This document shows, piece by piece, positions 22,298 to 30,029 of a stretch of DNA of 32,000 nucleotides. The notes beneath the pieces are model-generated. The model saw only the letters and a program-made list of their open reading frames with translations. It was not told where the DNA came from and did no database searches. Position 1 is the stretch's first letter, and every line of letters starts with the position of its first letter. The translations under genes and the position numbers were made by a program. Source of the stretch: Promethearchaeum syntrophicum (lineage in GTDB: Archaea > Asgardarchaeota > Lokiarchaeia > Sigyniarchaeales > Promethearchaeaceae); contig NZ_CP042905.2 of the NCBI RefSeq assembly GCF_008000775.2, forward strand, positions 420,001 to 452,000, given 5' to 3'.

Positions 22298-23992
22298 TTA
22301 TTTTCTTTTTTTTAATTTTGCTACTGCACGCTCTGCTAAAGCAACTGCATCATCTGCTCTTTTCTTTTCTTTGCTTAAAATATCTTTCAACCCTTCATTT
22401 TCTACTTTTAGACCAGACATTTCAAGCTCTAATGACTGTTTTTGGAAAATAGCATCATTCCTTTCTTTTTCAAAATCCTTCAAATTGATTATGGCATCAT
22501 CCCGTTCTTCCATTAAATTCATCATTTTATCATTGATTTTTTCTAGTGGAATTGAATTTAACTCAGCTAAATTATCTATTATCTTTTCCTTCATTTCTCC
22601 TTCAGGAATTAATGATTTATCCTTATCATTGGTTTTTAAATCTGATATTTCTTGCTTGAGTTCTTGGTTTTCTTGACGTAAAGCATCTATTTGATGATAT
22701 AAATCAGAAATACTTAAATTTTGATTAGAAATTATTTCTTGACTTGCACTTTCTAGAATTTCATGAGAAAGACTTCTTCTTAATTTCTCAACAATCTCAG
22801 ATTTCGGAAGAGTATCTCCTTCAGTGATATAATCTAAAACATTATATCCTGCACCACCATGGACTGTGTACCTCTTTCTAATTTTTACTCTTAAAGGGTA
22901 ATTTGGAGTAAGATCACCTGAAATTATAGCTTCTCCTGGTAATAAATTTTGAATTTCTTCATCTGCATCATATCCTAAACCTTCTACAGAATTGCAAGTA
23001 ATTTTAATGTCATTTAAATCAGTTAATTTATGAATGATCCAAGTTCCTGCTTGAGCCCGAATTATGACGTCAAGAAGTTGGGGTTTTTGAGTGATAATTA
23101 CTAGATTGTGTCCAAATTTCCTTCCTTCTTGTGCGGAAAGCTTTAAAATTTCAACCGTATCACTTTTCTTTTTCCCAGCAAATAAATGTGCTTCATCAAT
23201 AAAAAGAAAATGAGGTGGAATCTCTCGTAAAGTGCTTGCTTTATATAATCTATTACAAAAAGTCATAACAATGTTTTCTTGAACTGGGATATCAAGTCCT
23301 CGTAAGTTAATAATTATGACACTTCCTGATCTTATCAAATCTTCTACATTTGCAGCTAAGAGATATTCTATTCCCAAATCCGCCCCAGGATTCATATTAA
23401 TATCTCCAAATTCGATAATTCCTCCGAGATATTTCTGTTCGGTATCATTTTTTATGAAAAAATCTTCATTGTCAGGAATATTTTCTTTTTCTAAAATTTT
23501 TAATGAAGAATATTCACCATGTCTGTCAATTATTACTATCGGAACTTGTTTTTTCATTAATTCTTCAATAACTACTCCTACAGTGTAAGATTTTCCACTT
23601 CCAGATTTACCTGTAATAAACAATCTTCCAAAATTTTCGATATTTGGAGATGCAATAATATCTACGTTCGGGATTTTTCCTAAATGTATTGCTTTTTCGG
23701 GATTATTTTCCAAACCTAATGAATTTTTTATCTGTTCAGAAGAAGCTAAAAAAATATCTGAATCCAAATTGAATGGGGTTAATGGAGCTTTACCTATTAT
23801 ATTCAAAGTCGCATGATTTCCATTATGATCATTCCATATATTTTTAACACCCAAAACGTATGACTTTTTCTCATGGATAGTTGTTAAATAAGAATTTCTG
23901 TGCAATTTTGCTAAAATATTAACTGTAAAACTATATGGAGTTGATTTTTTTGCTATTTTTGCAATTGAAATTTGGTTTTCATCTTCACTCAT
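22298..23992 (-). CDS. HerA-like (DUF87, FtsK-HerA superfamily) ATPase with a ~140-aa C-terminal coiled-coil extension
   Basis: Walker A is ITGKSGSGKSYT. The HerA hallmark is VIIDRHGEY. Walker B is FLFIDEAHLF. The arginine-finger region is EGRKFGHNLVIITQKPQLLD. The C-terminus (nt ~22301-22723) is heptad-like and charged (LRQENQELKQEISDLK..., LELEMSGLKVENEGLKDILSKEKKRADDAVALAERAVAKLKKRK). The preferred start is the ATG at 23990-23992 (MSEDENQ). The track start at 24085 would add a hydrophobic 31-aa leader read from AT-rich, promoter-like sequence. Confidence 0.85.
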   Translation of the reverse strand: MSEDENQISIAKIAKKSTPYSFTVNILAKLHRNSYLTTIHEKKSYVLGVKNIWNDHNGNHATLNIIGKAPLTPFNLDSDIFLASSEQIKNSLGLENNPEKAIHLGKIPNVDIIASPNIENFGRLFITGKSGSGKSYTVGVVIEELMKKQVPIVIIDRHGEYSSLKILEKENIPDNEDFFIKNDTEQKYLGGIIEFGDINMNPGADLGIEYLLAANVEDLIRSGSVIIINLRGLDIPVQENIVMTFCNRLYKASTLREIPPHFLFIDEAHLFAGKKKSDTVEILKLSAQEGRKFGHNLVIITQKPQLLDVIIRAQAGTWIIHKLTDLNDIKITCNSVEGLGYDADEEIQNLLPGEAIISGDLTPNYPLRVKIRKRYTVHGGAGYNVLDYITEGDTLPKSEIVEKLRRSLSHEILESASQEIISNQNLSISDLYHQIDALRQENQELKQEISDLKTNDKDKSLIPEGEMKEKIIDNLAELNSIPLEKINDKMMNLMEERDDAIINLKDFEKERNDAIFQKQSLELEMSGLKVENEGLKDILSKEKKRADDAVALAERAVAKLKKRK

Positions 23993-24092
23993 CTTCTCTT
24001 CAAATATAAATTTAAAATAAAGTCTTATATAATTGATCAAAATATTGATTTGAAATAAGGAAAAAAGGAGGGAAAAAAACTCCAATAACGAA

Positions 24093-24449
24093 TTAAATAT
24101 CTGGATTTCTCAAGGATTTTTCTGAATTAAATTCATTTCTCTGTACTATTTTGTATGTTTTATATTCCGTGACAATTCCTTCAGGGCTTTCATTAAGTGG
24201 TACTTTTACTATTAAACTTTCATCTGTGAGAGATTCTTCTATTTTTGGAGGATAAACTGCAGAAAATTGGGTTTGTTGTTGAAATTTAGCAAATGATTTT
24301 GCCGCTTCCAATTCTTTTATTAAGAATTCGCGAACAGCTACCCTAATTAGTTCACTCCGGCTGGGATATAGTCCTTCTTCGCCAGTTAGCGCTTTGATTG
24401 CCTTTAAATACGATAACGGGAGATTGACAGTTATAATGCGAATGATCAC
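24093..24449 (-). CDS. Ribbon-helix-helix (CopG/Arc-type) DNA-binding protein, first gene of the HerA-like operon
   Basis: (M)IIRIITVNLPLSYLKAIKALTGEEGLYPSRSELIRVAVREFL has an RHH beta-strand plus two helices, with the typical SRSELIR..REFL. The annotated start is GTG, directly abutting an SD-like AAGGTG. Confidence 0.8.
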   Translation of the reverse strand: MIIRIITVNLPLSYLKAIKALTGEEGLYPSRSELIRVAVREFLIKELEAAKSFAKFQQQTQFSAVYPPKIEESLTDESLIVKVPLNESPEGIVTEYKTYKIVQRNEFNSEKSLRNPDI

Positions 24450-24821
24450 ACACCTTCATTAATTTTCTATTGACCTTTAAGATTATTTCCGAAATTATCA
24501 AGGAAAACTATGGGTGTATCGAATAATTTAGATTTCCCCCTCTTTGGAAACCTAAATTCCACTCTCCTCTAAAATTGCTTAAATAATTTATAAGGTTTTT
24601 TGCTCTCCCCTCTTATTCAATGAGTTGATCGCTAATCACAATTGTTTGTTAAAATATTTAAGCCTTTCCTTGGTATTAACACTTAAACACTCTTATATTC
24701 TATTTAAATAGGAATATATAAAGTTCTCATTATAAAGGGAAAAAGTTTATAAGAACGAGTATTCTTGATTGAGAATTTAGGTTTTTAAGTGTAATAGAGA
24801 TATATCAAAAAACATTAATGT

Positions 24822-25070
24822 TTATTCCACTTGTTGGACTACTTTATCTACATTTTTAGATTTTTCCAGTAAATATTCATCTTGGTATAAAACGGGTTTA
24901 GTTTGGAATTCTTCAAATGCTTTTGCTGATTCTAACTCTTTTATTACCCATTCCCTAATTGCTATTCTAATTAATTCTGATCGTGAGGGATATATTTTTT
25001 TTTTACCTGTTATTTTTTCAATTGCTCTTAGATAACTCTCGGGAACATTGCATGTAATTATTCTAATAGT
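24822..25070 (-). pseudogene. Second RHH paralogue lacking any ATG/GTG/TTG start (pseudogene, or a gene using a non-canonical start)
   Basis: The reverse strand reads ..KIWGVFTIRIITCNVPESYLRAIEKITGKKKIYPSRSELIRIAIREWVIKELESAKAFEEFQTKPVLYQDEYLLEKSKNVDKVVQQVE*. It is clearly homologous to the N-terminal half of ORF 24093..24449. The frame is open back to a TAA at about 25109 with no canonical initiator and no Met anywhere. Confidence 0.6.
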
Positions 25071-25185
25071 AAATACCCCCCATATCTTTCTTACATCTTA
25101 GCCTCTAGTAAAAATAAAATTTTTATCGGCAAAATTATCTTTGCTACGATAGTTTAAAAAAATTTCTTTTTTCTGGAAATTAACA

Positions 25186-25218
25186 TTGAAATGATTGAAA
25201 ACTCCCGAATCATTTCAA
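25186..25218. repeat. Perfect 11-bp inverted repeat with an 11-nt spacer (terminator hairpin or operator)
   Basis: ttgaaatgatt (25186-25196), then gaaaactcccg, then aatcatttcaa (25208-25218). It lies 78 nt downstream of the permease stop and about 115 nt upstream of the second RHH copy. On the minus strand a T-rich run follows it (..gaaattttttt..). Confidence 0.6.
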
Positions 25219-25295
25219 ATTAGCAAAAATCCTTGATTATTTATAAGTAAATTTCTATTTTGGGGTAATTTTGAAAGAGATCATTTCGTTCATAT

Positions 25296-26597
25296 CTATA
25301 ACATAAATAAATAGAAAATGGAAAGATAAATAACACTGAAGAAAAGATGAAAGAGTGTAATTAGAGATCCATTTTTTAACAGCGATTTATAGTTAAAAGC
25401 TTTAACCCCGTTCTTTTTAGCTAAGTTTAAAGCCATTAGGTCACATGCTGCACCTTGAGGCAAGAAATTTGATCCCAAATTTATTCCTAGAAGAAATGCC
25501 ATTAATATTAAATCTGGAACCGCTCCGACTTCAAAACCATATAAATTCTTTAATAACGATATAAAAACAATTGCAGTAGGGACTTGTGCTAGAAATCCTG
25601 AGAGAATTCCGATTGAAAAAAGTAATATTATAGCAGAAATTAAATCGTTATCCGAAAAAATTGATGTTGTCCATCCCGCAACGATTTGAAATATTCCTGC
25701 TATCTGCATACATCCTATCATTAGAAATAATGAAATAAAAAAGAAAATAATCTTCCAATCAATTTTTGCTAAATTATCAGAGATTTGTTCTTTATTAAAT
25801 ATACTAATTAGAATAGCACCTAAGGAAGAAACTACCCAAGCATTAATAGGGAATAAAAATCCAATAATAATTGCTCCTAAATAAAGCGAATTTAAAATAA
25901 ATTGCGTTTTATTAACAATAACTAAATTAGGATCCATTATCTCTAGTAATATTTCTTTTTGCTGTTCTGTCGGTGCTTTAATTTTTCGCAACATAGTAAA
26001 ATCTAATACAACAAGGGTTAATATTAACATTGGAAAAACGTACAAAGAGAATTTACTTAAAAACCACTGTAAATCTAAAGAAAAAGCGGCTCCAATTAAA
26101 ATATTTTCAGAGGATGAAAATGGGGTATATAAACTTCCAATATTAATCGTAAATGAAATTCCAAATAGAAAAGGTGCTGGGTTAATTTTTAAAATTTTAC
26201 AAGCTCTTATTACCAATGGAATAAAAATGATTGCTACGGTTATATCTGCTATTATTGAAGCTGAAAGAGAGCTAATGATACAAATCAAATAGAAGAATTT
26301 GCGATGATTTCCTTTTGTAAAACGTAAGGTTTTTAATGCAATCCACTGGAATATTTTGTGTTTTTCACTGATCATTATTATAACTTGCATTGAAATTATG
26401 AAAATAATAGGATCAAATTCGATAAAGGCTAAAAAAGTATTAAAATTTGAATCTGGAAAGTAAATGATGGTAACAACTACAGATATAAACGCTGCCAATA
26501 GAGAAAATCCAACATAATCTAATTTTTCTTGAGAGAATACAACCATTATTCCAACAAATAGAATTAATAATAATATTATTGGAATTATTTGGACCAT
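25296..26597 (-). CDS. Polytopic membrane permease, ion-transporter superfamily (ArsB/NhaD/CitMHS-like)
   Basis: Highly hydrophobic protein of about 433 aa with at least 10 predicted TM segments. It has two re-entrant-type motifs, YTPFSSSENILIG and GSNFLPQGAACDLMAL, resembling the (S/T)xxxP(I/Q)Gxxx(N)(L/M) hairpins of that superfamily. The track start at 26618 is TTG; the first ATG is at 26595-26597. Confidence 0.55.
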   Translation of the reverse strand: MVQIIPIILLLILFVGIMVVFSQEKLDYVGFSLLAAFISVVVTIIYFPDSNFNTFLAFIEFDPIIFIISMQVIIMISEKHKIFQWIALKTLRFTKGNHRKFFYLICIISSLSASIIADITVAIIFIPLVIRACKILKINPAPFLFGISFTINIGSLYTPFSSSENILIGAAFSLDLQWFLSKFSLYVFPMLILTLVVLDFTMLRKIKAPTEQQKEILLEIMDPNLVIVNKTQFILNSLYLGAIIIGFLFPINAWVVSSLGAILISIFNKEQISDNLAKIDWKIIFFFISLFLMIGCMQIAGIFQIVAGWTTSIFSDNDLISAIILLFSIGILSGFLAQVPTAIVFISLLKNLYGFEVGAVPDLILMAFLLGINLGSNFLPQGAACDLMALNLAKKNGVKAFNYKSLLKNGSLITLFHLFFSVIYLSIFYLFML

Positions 26598-26745
26598 TAT
26601 ATTTCTCGTGATAATCAAAACTTTATAACTTTTGGTTTCTCATAAGCTGATTTTTATTTGTTTTTCAGTGAATTTCCCTAACAAATTAATTGCCAAAATT
26701 AAAATGGTTTTGAATACTCATTCACATAACAAATAGTGAATTATA

Positions 26746-27654
26746 ATGTCAGAAAAAAAAGTAGATGTTGAAGTATCGAAAGAGGACATTGATAAGGCAA
26801 TGGGAAATCCTCAAAAACAAGCACAATTAACTGAAATGGAGCAAATTAATTTAATGATGAAAGGTGTCAAGCATAAAATTATTGTTTGCTCAGGTAAAGG
26901 TGGCGTAGGCAAAACAACTGTAGCCGTTAACTTAGCTATTGCACTAGCAGCTAAAGGTCTCAGTGTTGGAATACTTGATGTAGATATTACAGGACCAAAT
27001 GTACCTAAAATGCTAAATTTAGAAGATGAAAGACCAACTGTTATTCCAGGAACTAACACATTTACTCCAGTACATGGTCCTATGCTATCAAGTGGTGGCC
27101 CGATTCAAGTTATGAGTATGGCATTTCTATTAGAAACTCCCGATACTCCTGTTATTTGGCGTGGGCCTCTGAAGATGAAGGCAATTAGACAATTTATTGC
27201 TGAGGGTAATTGGGGATTATTGGATTATCTTATTTTAGACTTACCACCAGGAACTTCAGATGAAACTTTAGATGCAATGCAATTAGTCGGAGATAATTCT
27301 GGAGTAGTAATTGTAACAACACCACAAGAAGTTGCTACGATGGATGCTCGAAAAACAATTAATATGTCTAAGGCAATGAAAAGAAAAGTAGTTGGAATAA
27401 TTGAGAACATGTCGGGTCTTACAGTTAAATGCCCAAAATGTGAAGAAGAAATTAAAATCGATCTCTTTGGTTCAGGCGGCGGTGAAAAAGCTGCTAATGA
27501 ATTAAATGTTCCATTTTTAGGGAAAGTTCCGATAGAGCATAAAATTATGCAACAAGGAGATAAAGGTGTTCCCTTCTTAATTAGTAATCCAGATTCTGTC
27601 TCTGCTGAAGCTTTTGATGATATTGTTAAAAAAATCCGAGCAGACATGGAATAA
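26746..27654 (+). CDS. Mrp/NBP35/ApbC-family Fe-S cluster carrier ATPase
   Basis: Deviant Walker A is VCSGKGGVGKTTVAVNLA. ILDVDITGPNVPKML and LILDLPPGTSDE are present. A CPKC pair occurs in the C-terminal half, and LGKVP follows the family pattern. Confidence 0.9.
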   Translation: MSEKKVDVEVSKEDIDKAMGNPQKQAQLTEMEQINLMMKGVKHKIIVCSGKGGVGKTTVAVNLAIALAAKGLSVGILDVDITGPNVPKMLNLEDERPTVIPGTNTFTPVHGPMLSSGGPIQVMSMAFLLETPDTPVIWRGPLKMKAIRQFIAEGNWGLLDYLILDLPPGTSDETLDAMQLVGDNSGVVIVTTPQEVATMDARKTINMSKAMKRKVVGIIENMSGLTVKCPKCEEEIKIDLFGSGGGEKAANELNVPFLGKVPIEHKIMQQGDKGVPFLISNPDSVSAEAFDDIVKKIRADME

Positions 27655-27724
27655 ATCCCTTTTTTTTATACATTTTTCTTTTGGATCCATTTTTATTATG
27701 TGAAATTTTAATAAAATAATTATA

Positions 27725-28462
27725 ATGAAAATTTTATTGTGTTCTGATCTATCAAATAAAATTCCCAAGATTCCAGAAGCAAGTAAAAATATTTGTGATT
27801 TTGTACTACTCGCTGGTGATATTACGATTGGTGCGAGGAGTTTACAACGGACTATTTCAGTTTTCGAAAAATTAAGCGAGGCATTCCCTGATCCATTACC
27901 TGTATTTCTTATTCCTGGAAATCATGACTTACCTCTAATAGCTACGACACCAGAATTCTTTCCGAAAAATTTTGTCCAAATGCATAATAAATCATCAATT
28001 TTTAGAATAAATGGATTTGAAAAAGAAATCCATCTTATTGGTTTTGGTGGATCTACTCCCATTCCTGGATTTCCCGTTAGAGAACCTGGTCCAAATTATT
28101 TCACTTTTGAACCTGATGAAATTTACAATTCACTAAATACTTTATTTAAAGAAAAAGGATTTTTTTCAGAAGATTATTTCAAGATCTTATTTGTTCATGA
28201 ACCGCCATATAACACTTTATTGGATATAACATATCACAAAGAGCATGTTGGTTCTAAAGCAATCAGACGTTTAATTGAAGATTATCAACCAAATATTGCA
28301 GTATCAGGACATATTCATGAATCACGCGCAGTAGATCAAATAGGTCAGACGATAATTGTTAATGCAGGTGAAGCTAAATATAATAATTATGCAATTATCA
28401 ATATAAAAGAAAAACCAAACAAAAAACTCCCCGAAATCGATGTAAAATTATATTCACAATAA
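27725..28462 (+). CDS. Calcineurin-like metallophosphoesterase
   Basis: Motifs in order: ILLCSDLS (Dxx), LLAGDIT (GD), LIPGNHD (GNHD), FVHEPP (H), VSGHIHES (GHxH). Confidence 0.85.
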   Translation: MKILLCSDLSNKIPKIPEASKNICDFVLLAGDITIGARSLQRTISVFEKLSEAFPDPLPVFLIPGNHDLPLIATTPEFFPKNFVQMHNKSSIFRINGFEKEIHLIGFGGSTPIPGFPVREPGPNYFTFEPDEIYNSLNTLFKEKGFFSEDYFKILFVHEPPYNTLLDITYHKEHVGSKAIRRLIEDYQPNIAVSGHIHESRAVDQIGQTIIVNAGEAKYNNYAIINIKEKPNKKLPEIDVKLYSQ

Positions 28463-29782
28463 AGATATACTAAGTTTCCATTCTTTGTATAATATATAGC
28501 GATATACTATTTCCAGAACTGCTTTTACCACTGACGGTTGTATCGAATTAACTGTATCCTTTAGAGTATGATATACTAATCCATCACGAATAGCAGTGTT
28601 TTTCATCCCTAATATTGTTGTGGCTTCAATATTATTCCGCGCGTACTCAGCTGCATCTGTTCCGCCACCTCCAAACGTAATTGGGGCTGCCTTTGTTTTA
28701 TAACCTAAAGATTCTGCAATATTCATTCCATCTTCTGCCATTTTTAAGGATGTTTTGATAAAACCGTTAATATCTGCGGTCAAAAATGATAAATCATTAC
28801 AGCTATAAAGACTTTCAATATTAAACACATATGTGGGGATATCTTTCAACTCCTTGATATGTCTTTTTACATAAGCTCGGGCACCACGAAGACCAGATTC
28901 TTCAGCATCTGAAGAAATAATTACAATTTCTGTGTGTTTTAGTAAATTTTGGCCATCAATCTTAGATTGTCCAAAGATTTGTGCAATTTTAACCCCAATC
29001 ATTGAAGAAATTAAATTGTCCCCTGCACCCGGGGAGACTTTGGGTGATTTGAAGAAATAAAATTGGATTACAGCTGGAGCACCCACTAAAATAATAAAAG
29101 ATATGATTTCTCTGAATATTGTCGTTTGCACTTGAAACCTTTCAAGAAAAAACAATATTATTAATAGGAGATTTGTTCCAATGAATACAATTAAACCAGT
29201 AAAAATTCTTGGAGCATACATTTTTTGTAATTTTGGATCTACCATAAAATTCATTACATAAGCGCTATCATGATGACCTTCTACAATAATTCGCTGTTTA
29301 ACTGTACTTGAAGGTTTTATATTTCCAACAACATTATATCCTATGAATTTTCTGAAAAGAGGATCAAATGTCTCTTTATATAGAACAAATTGTAGTAGTG
29401 CGAAAATTGTTGCAAATGTATACCCAATAACTGCAAATATAGTCCAAATTCCTCCTATGAAGAAAAAAACTGAGGATATGACAAAGGATATAGCAAATAT
29501 TTTCATGAAAGCTAAGAATGATTCTCTATGAACTTCAAATTTCTCAATTGTTGAAGAATCACAATGTTTTGATAATTTTTTTTTTATACTTTCTGCAGCT
29601 TGTTTAGTTGATTTTGTTCCCGTTAACCTGGGGCCATATTTATCAATAATATCTTTAGTCATTGATAACGTGTCGTTAACATCATTTTCACTTATGTTAT
29701 TTTCAAAAATTTCTGGGATTGTAATAATTTCTGCTATAGGGCTGTATCGATTTGAATATTTTTGAGTATGCTGTTGAGCCAT
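28454..29782 (-). CDS. M28-family metallopeptidase with two transmembrane hairpins inserted in or before the catalytic domain
   Basis: GPRLTGTKSTKQAAESI is an M28 N-terminal motif. IIVEGHHDSAYV is the HxD metal ligand region, SPGAGDNLISS the second Asp ligand, and SSDAEESGLRGARAYV the EE motif. Hydrophobic hairpins occupy aa ~88-135 and aa ~192-245. The 3' end overlaps the phosphoesterase gene by 9 nt. Confidence 0.7.
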   Translation of the reverse strand: MAQQHTQKYSNRYSPIAEIITIPEIFENNISENDVNDTLSMTKDIIDKYGPRLTGTKSTKQAAESIKKKLSKHCDSSTIEKFEVHRESFLAFMKIFAISFVISSVFFFIGGIWTIFAVIGYTFATIFALLQFVLYKETFDPLFRKFIGYNVVGNIKPSSTVKQRIIVEGHHDSAYVMNFMVDPKLQKMYAPRIFTGLIVFIGTNLLLIILFFLERFQVQTTIFREIISFIILVGAPAVIQFYFFKSPKVSPGAGDNLISSMIGVKIAQIFGQSKIDGQNLLKHTEIVIISSDAEESGLRGARAYVKRHIKELKDIPTYVFNIESLYSCNDLSFLTADINGFIKTSLKMAEDGMNIAESLGYKTKAAPITFGGGGTDAAEYARNNIEATTILGMKNTAIRDGLVYHTLKDTVNSIQPSVVKAVLEIVYRYILYKEWKLSISLL

Positions 29783-29877
29783 GATATTTTACCAATTTTA
29801 AGATTTGTAAGGAAAATTTATATTGTTAGAAATACATAGTAACATAGTAGATCTGACAATATAAATGTATGCTATTC

Positions 29878-29898
29878 TCTACATATCTATTATGTAGA
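29878..29898. repeat. 21-nt palindrome (8-bp arms, 5-nt centre) in the intergenic region upstream of the M28 peptidase gene
   Basis: tctacata (29878-29885), then tctat, then tatgtaga (29891-29898). A related half-site, tctatatatgtaga, recurs at 29961-29974. Confidence 0.5.
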
Positions 29899-30029
29899 AA
29901 ATGGTGACATGTCTATTTAAATTATCTTATTACTCAAATAATCGTTTTATCTAATAGATCTCTATATATGTAGACCAAAAATTGGTTGTAAAAGAAGCAA
30001 TAAAAATAAAAAAAAAAGAGATTTTTTTA

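Noticed and set aside
22287-22676. A 129-aa plus-strand ORF rich in Ser/Phe.
   Set aside because: It is antisense to the coiled-coil-encoding part of the HerA-like gene. This is the typical shadow ORF of a K/E/L-rich coding region.
26811-27647. Minus-strand ORFs 26811..27059 and 27225..27647.
   Set aside because: They lie entirely antisense within the strongly supported Mrp/NBP35 gene and have no motifs.
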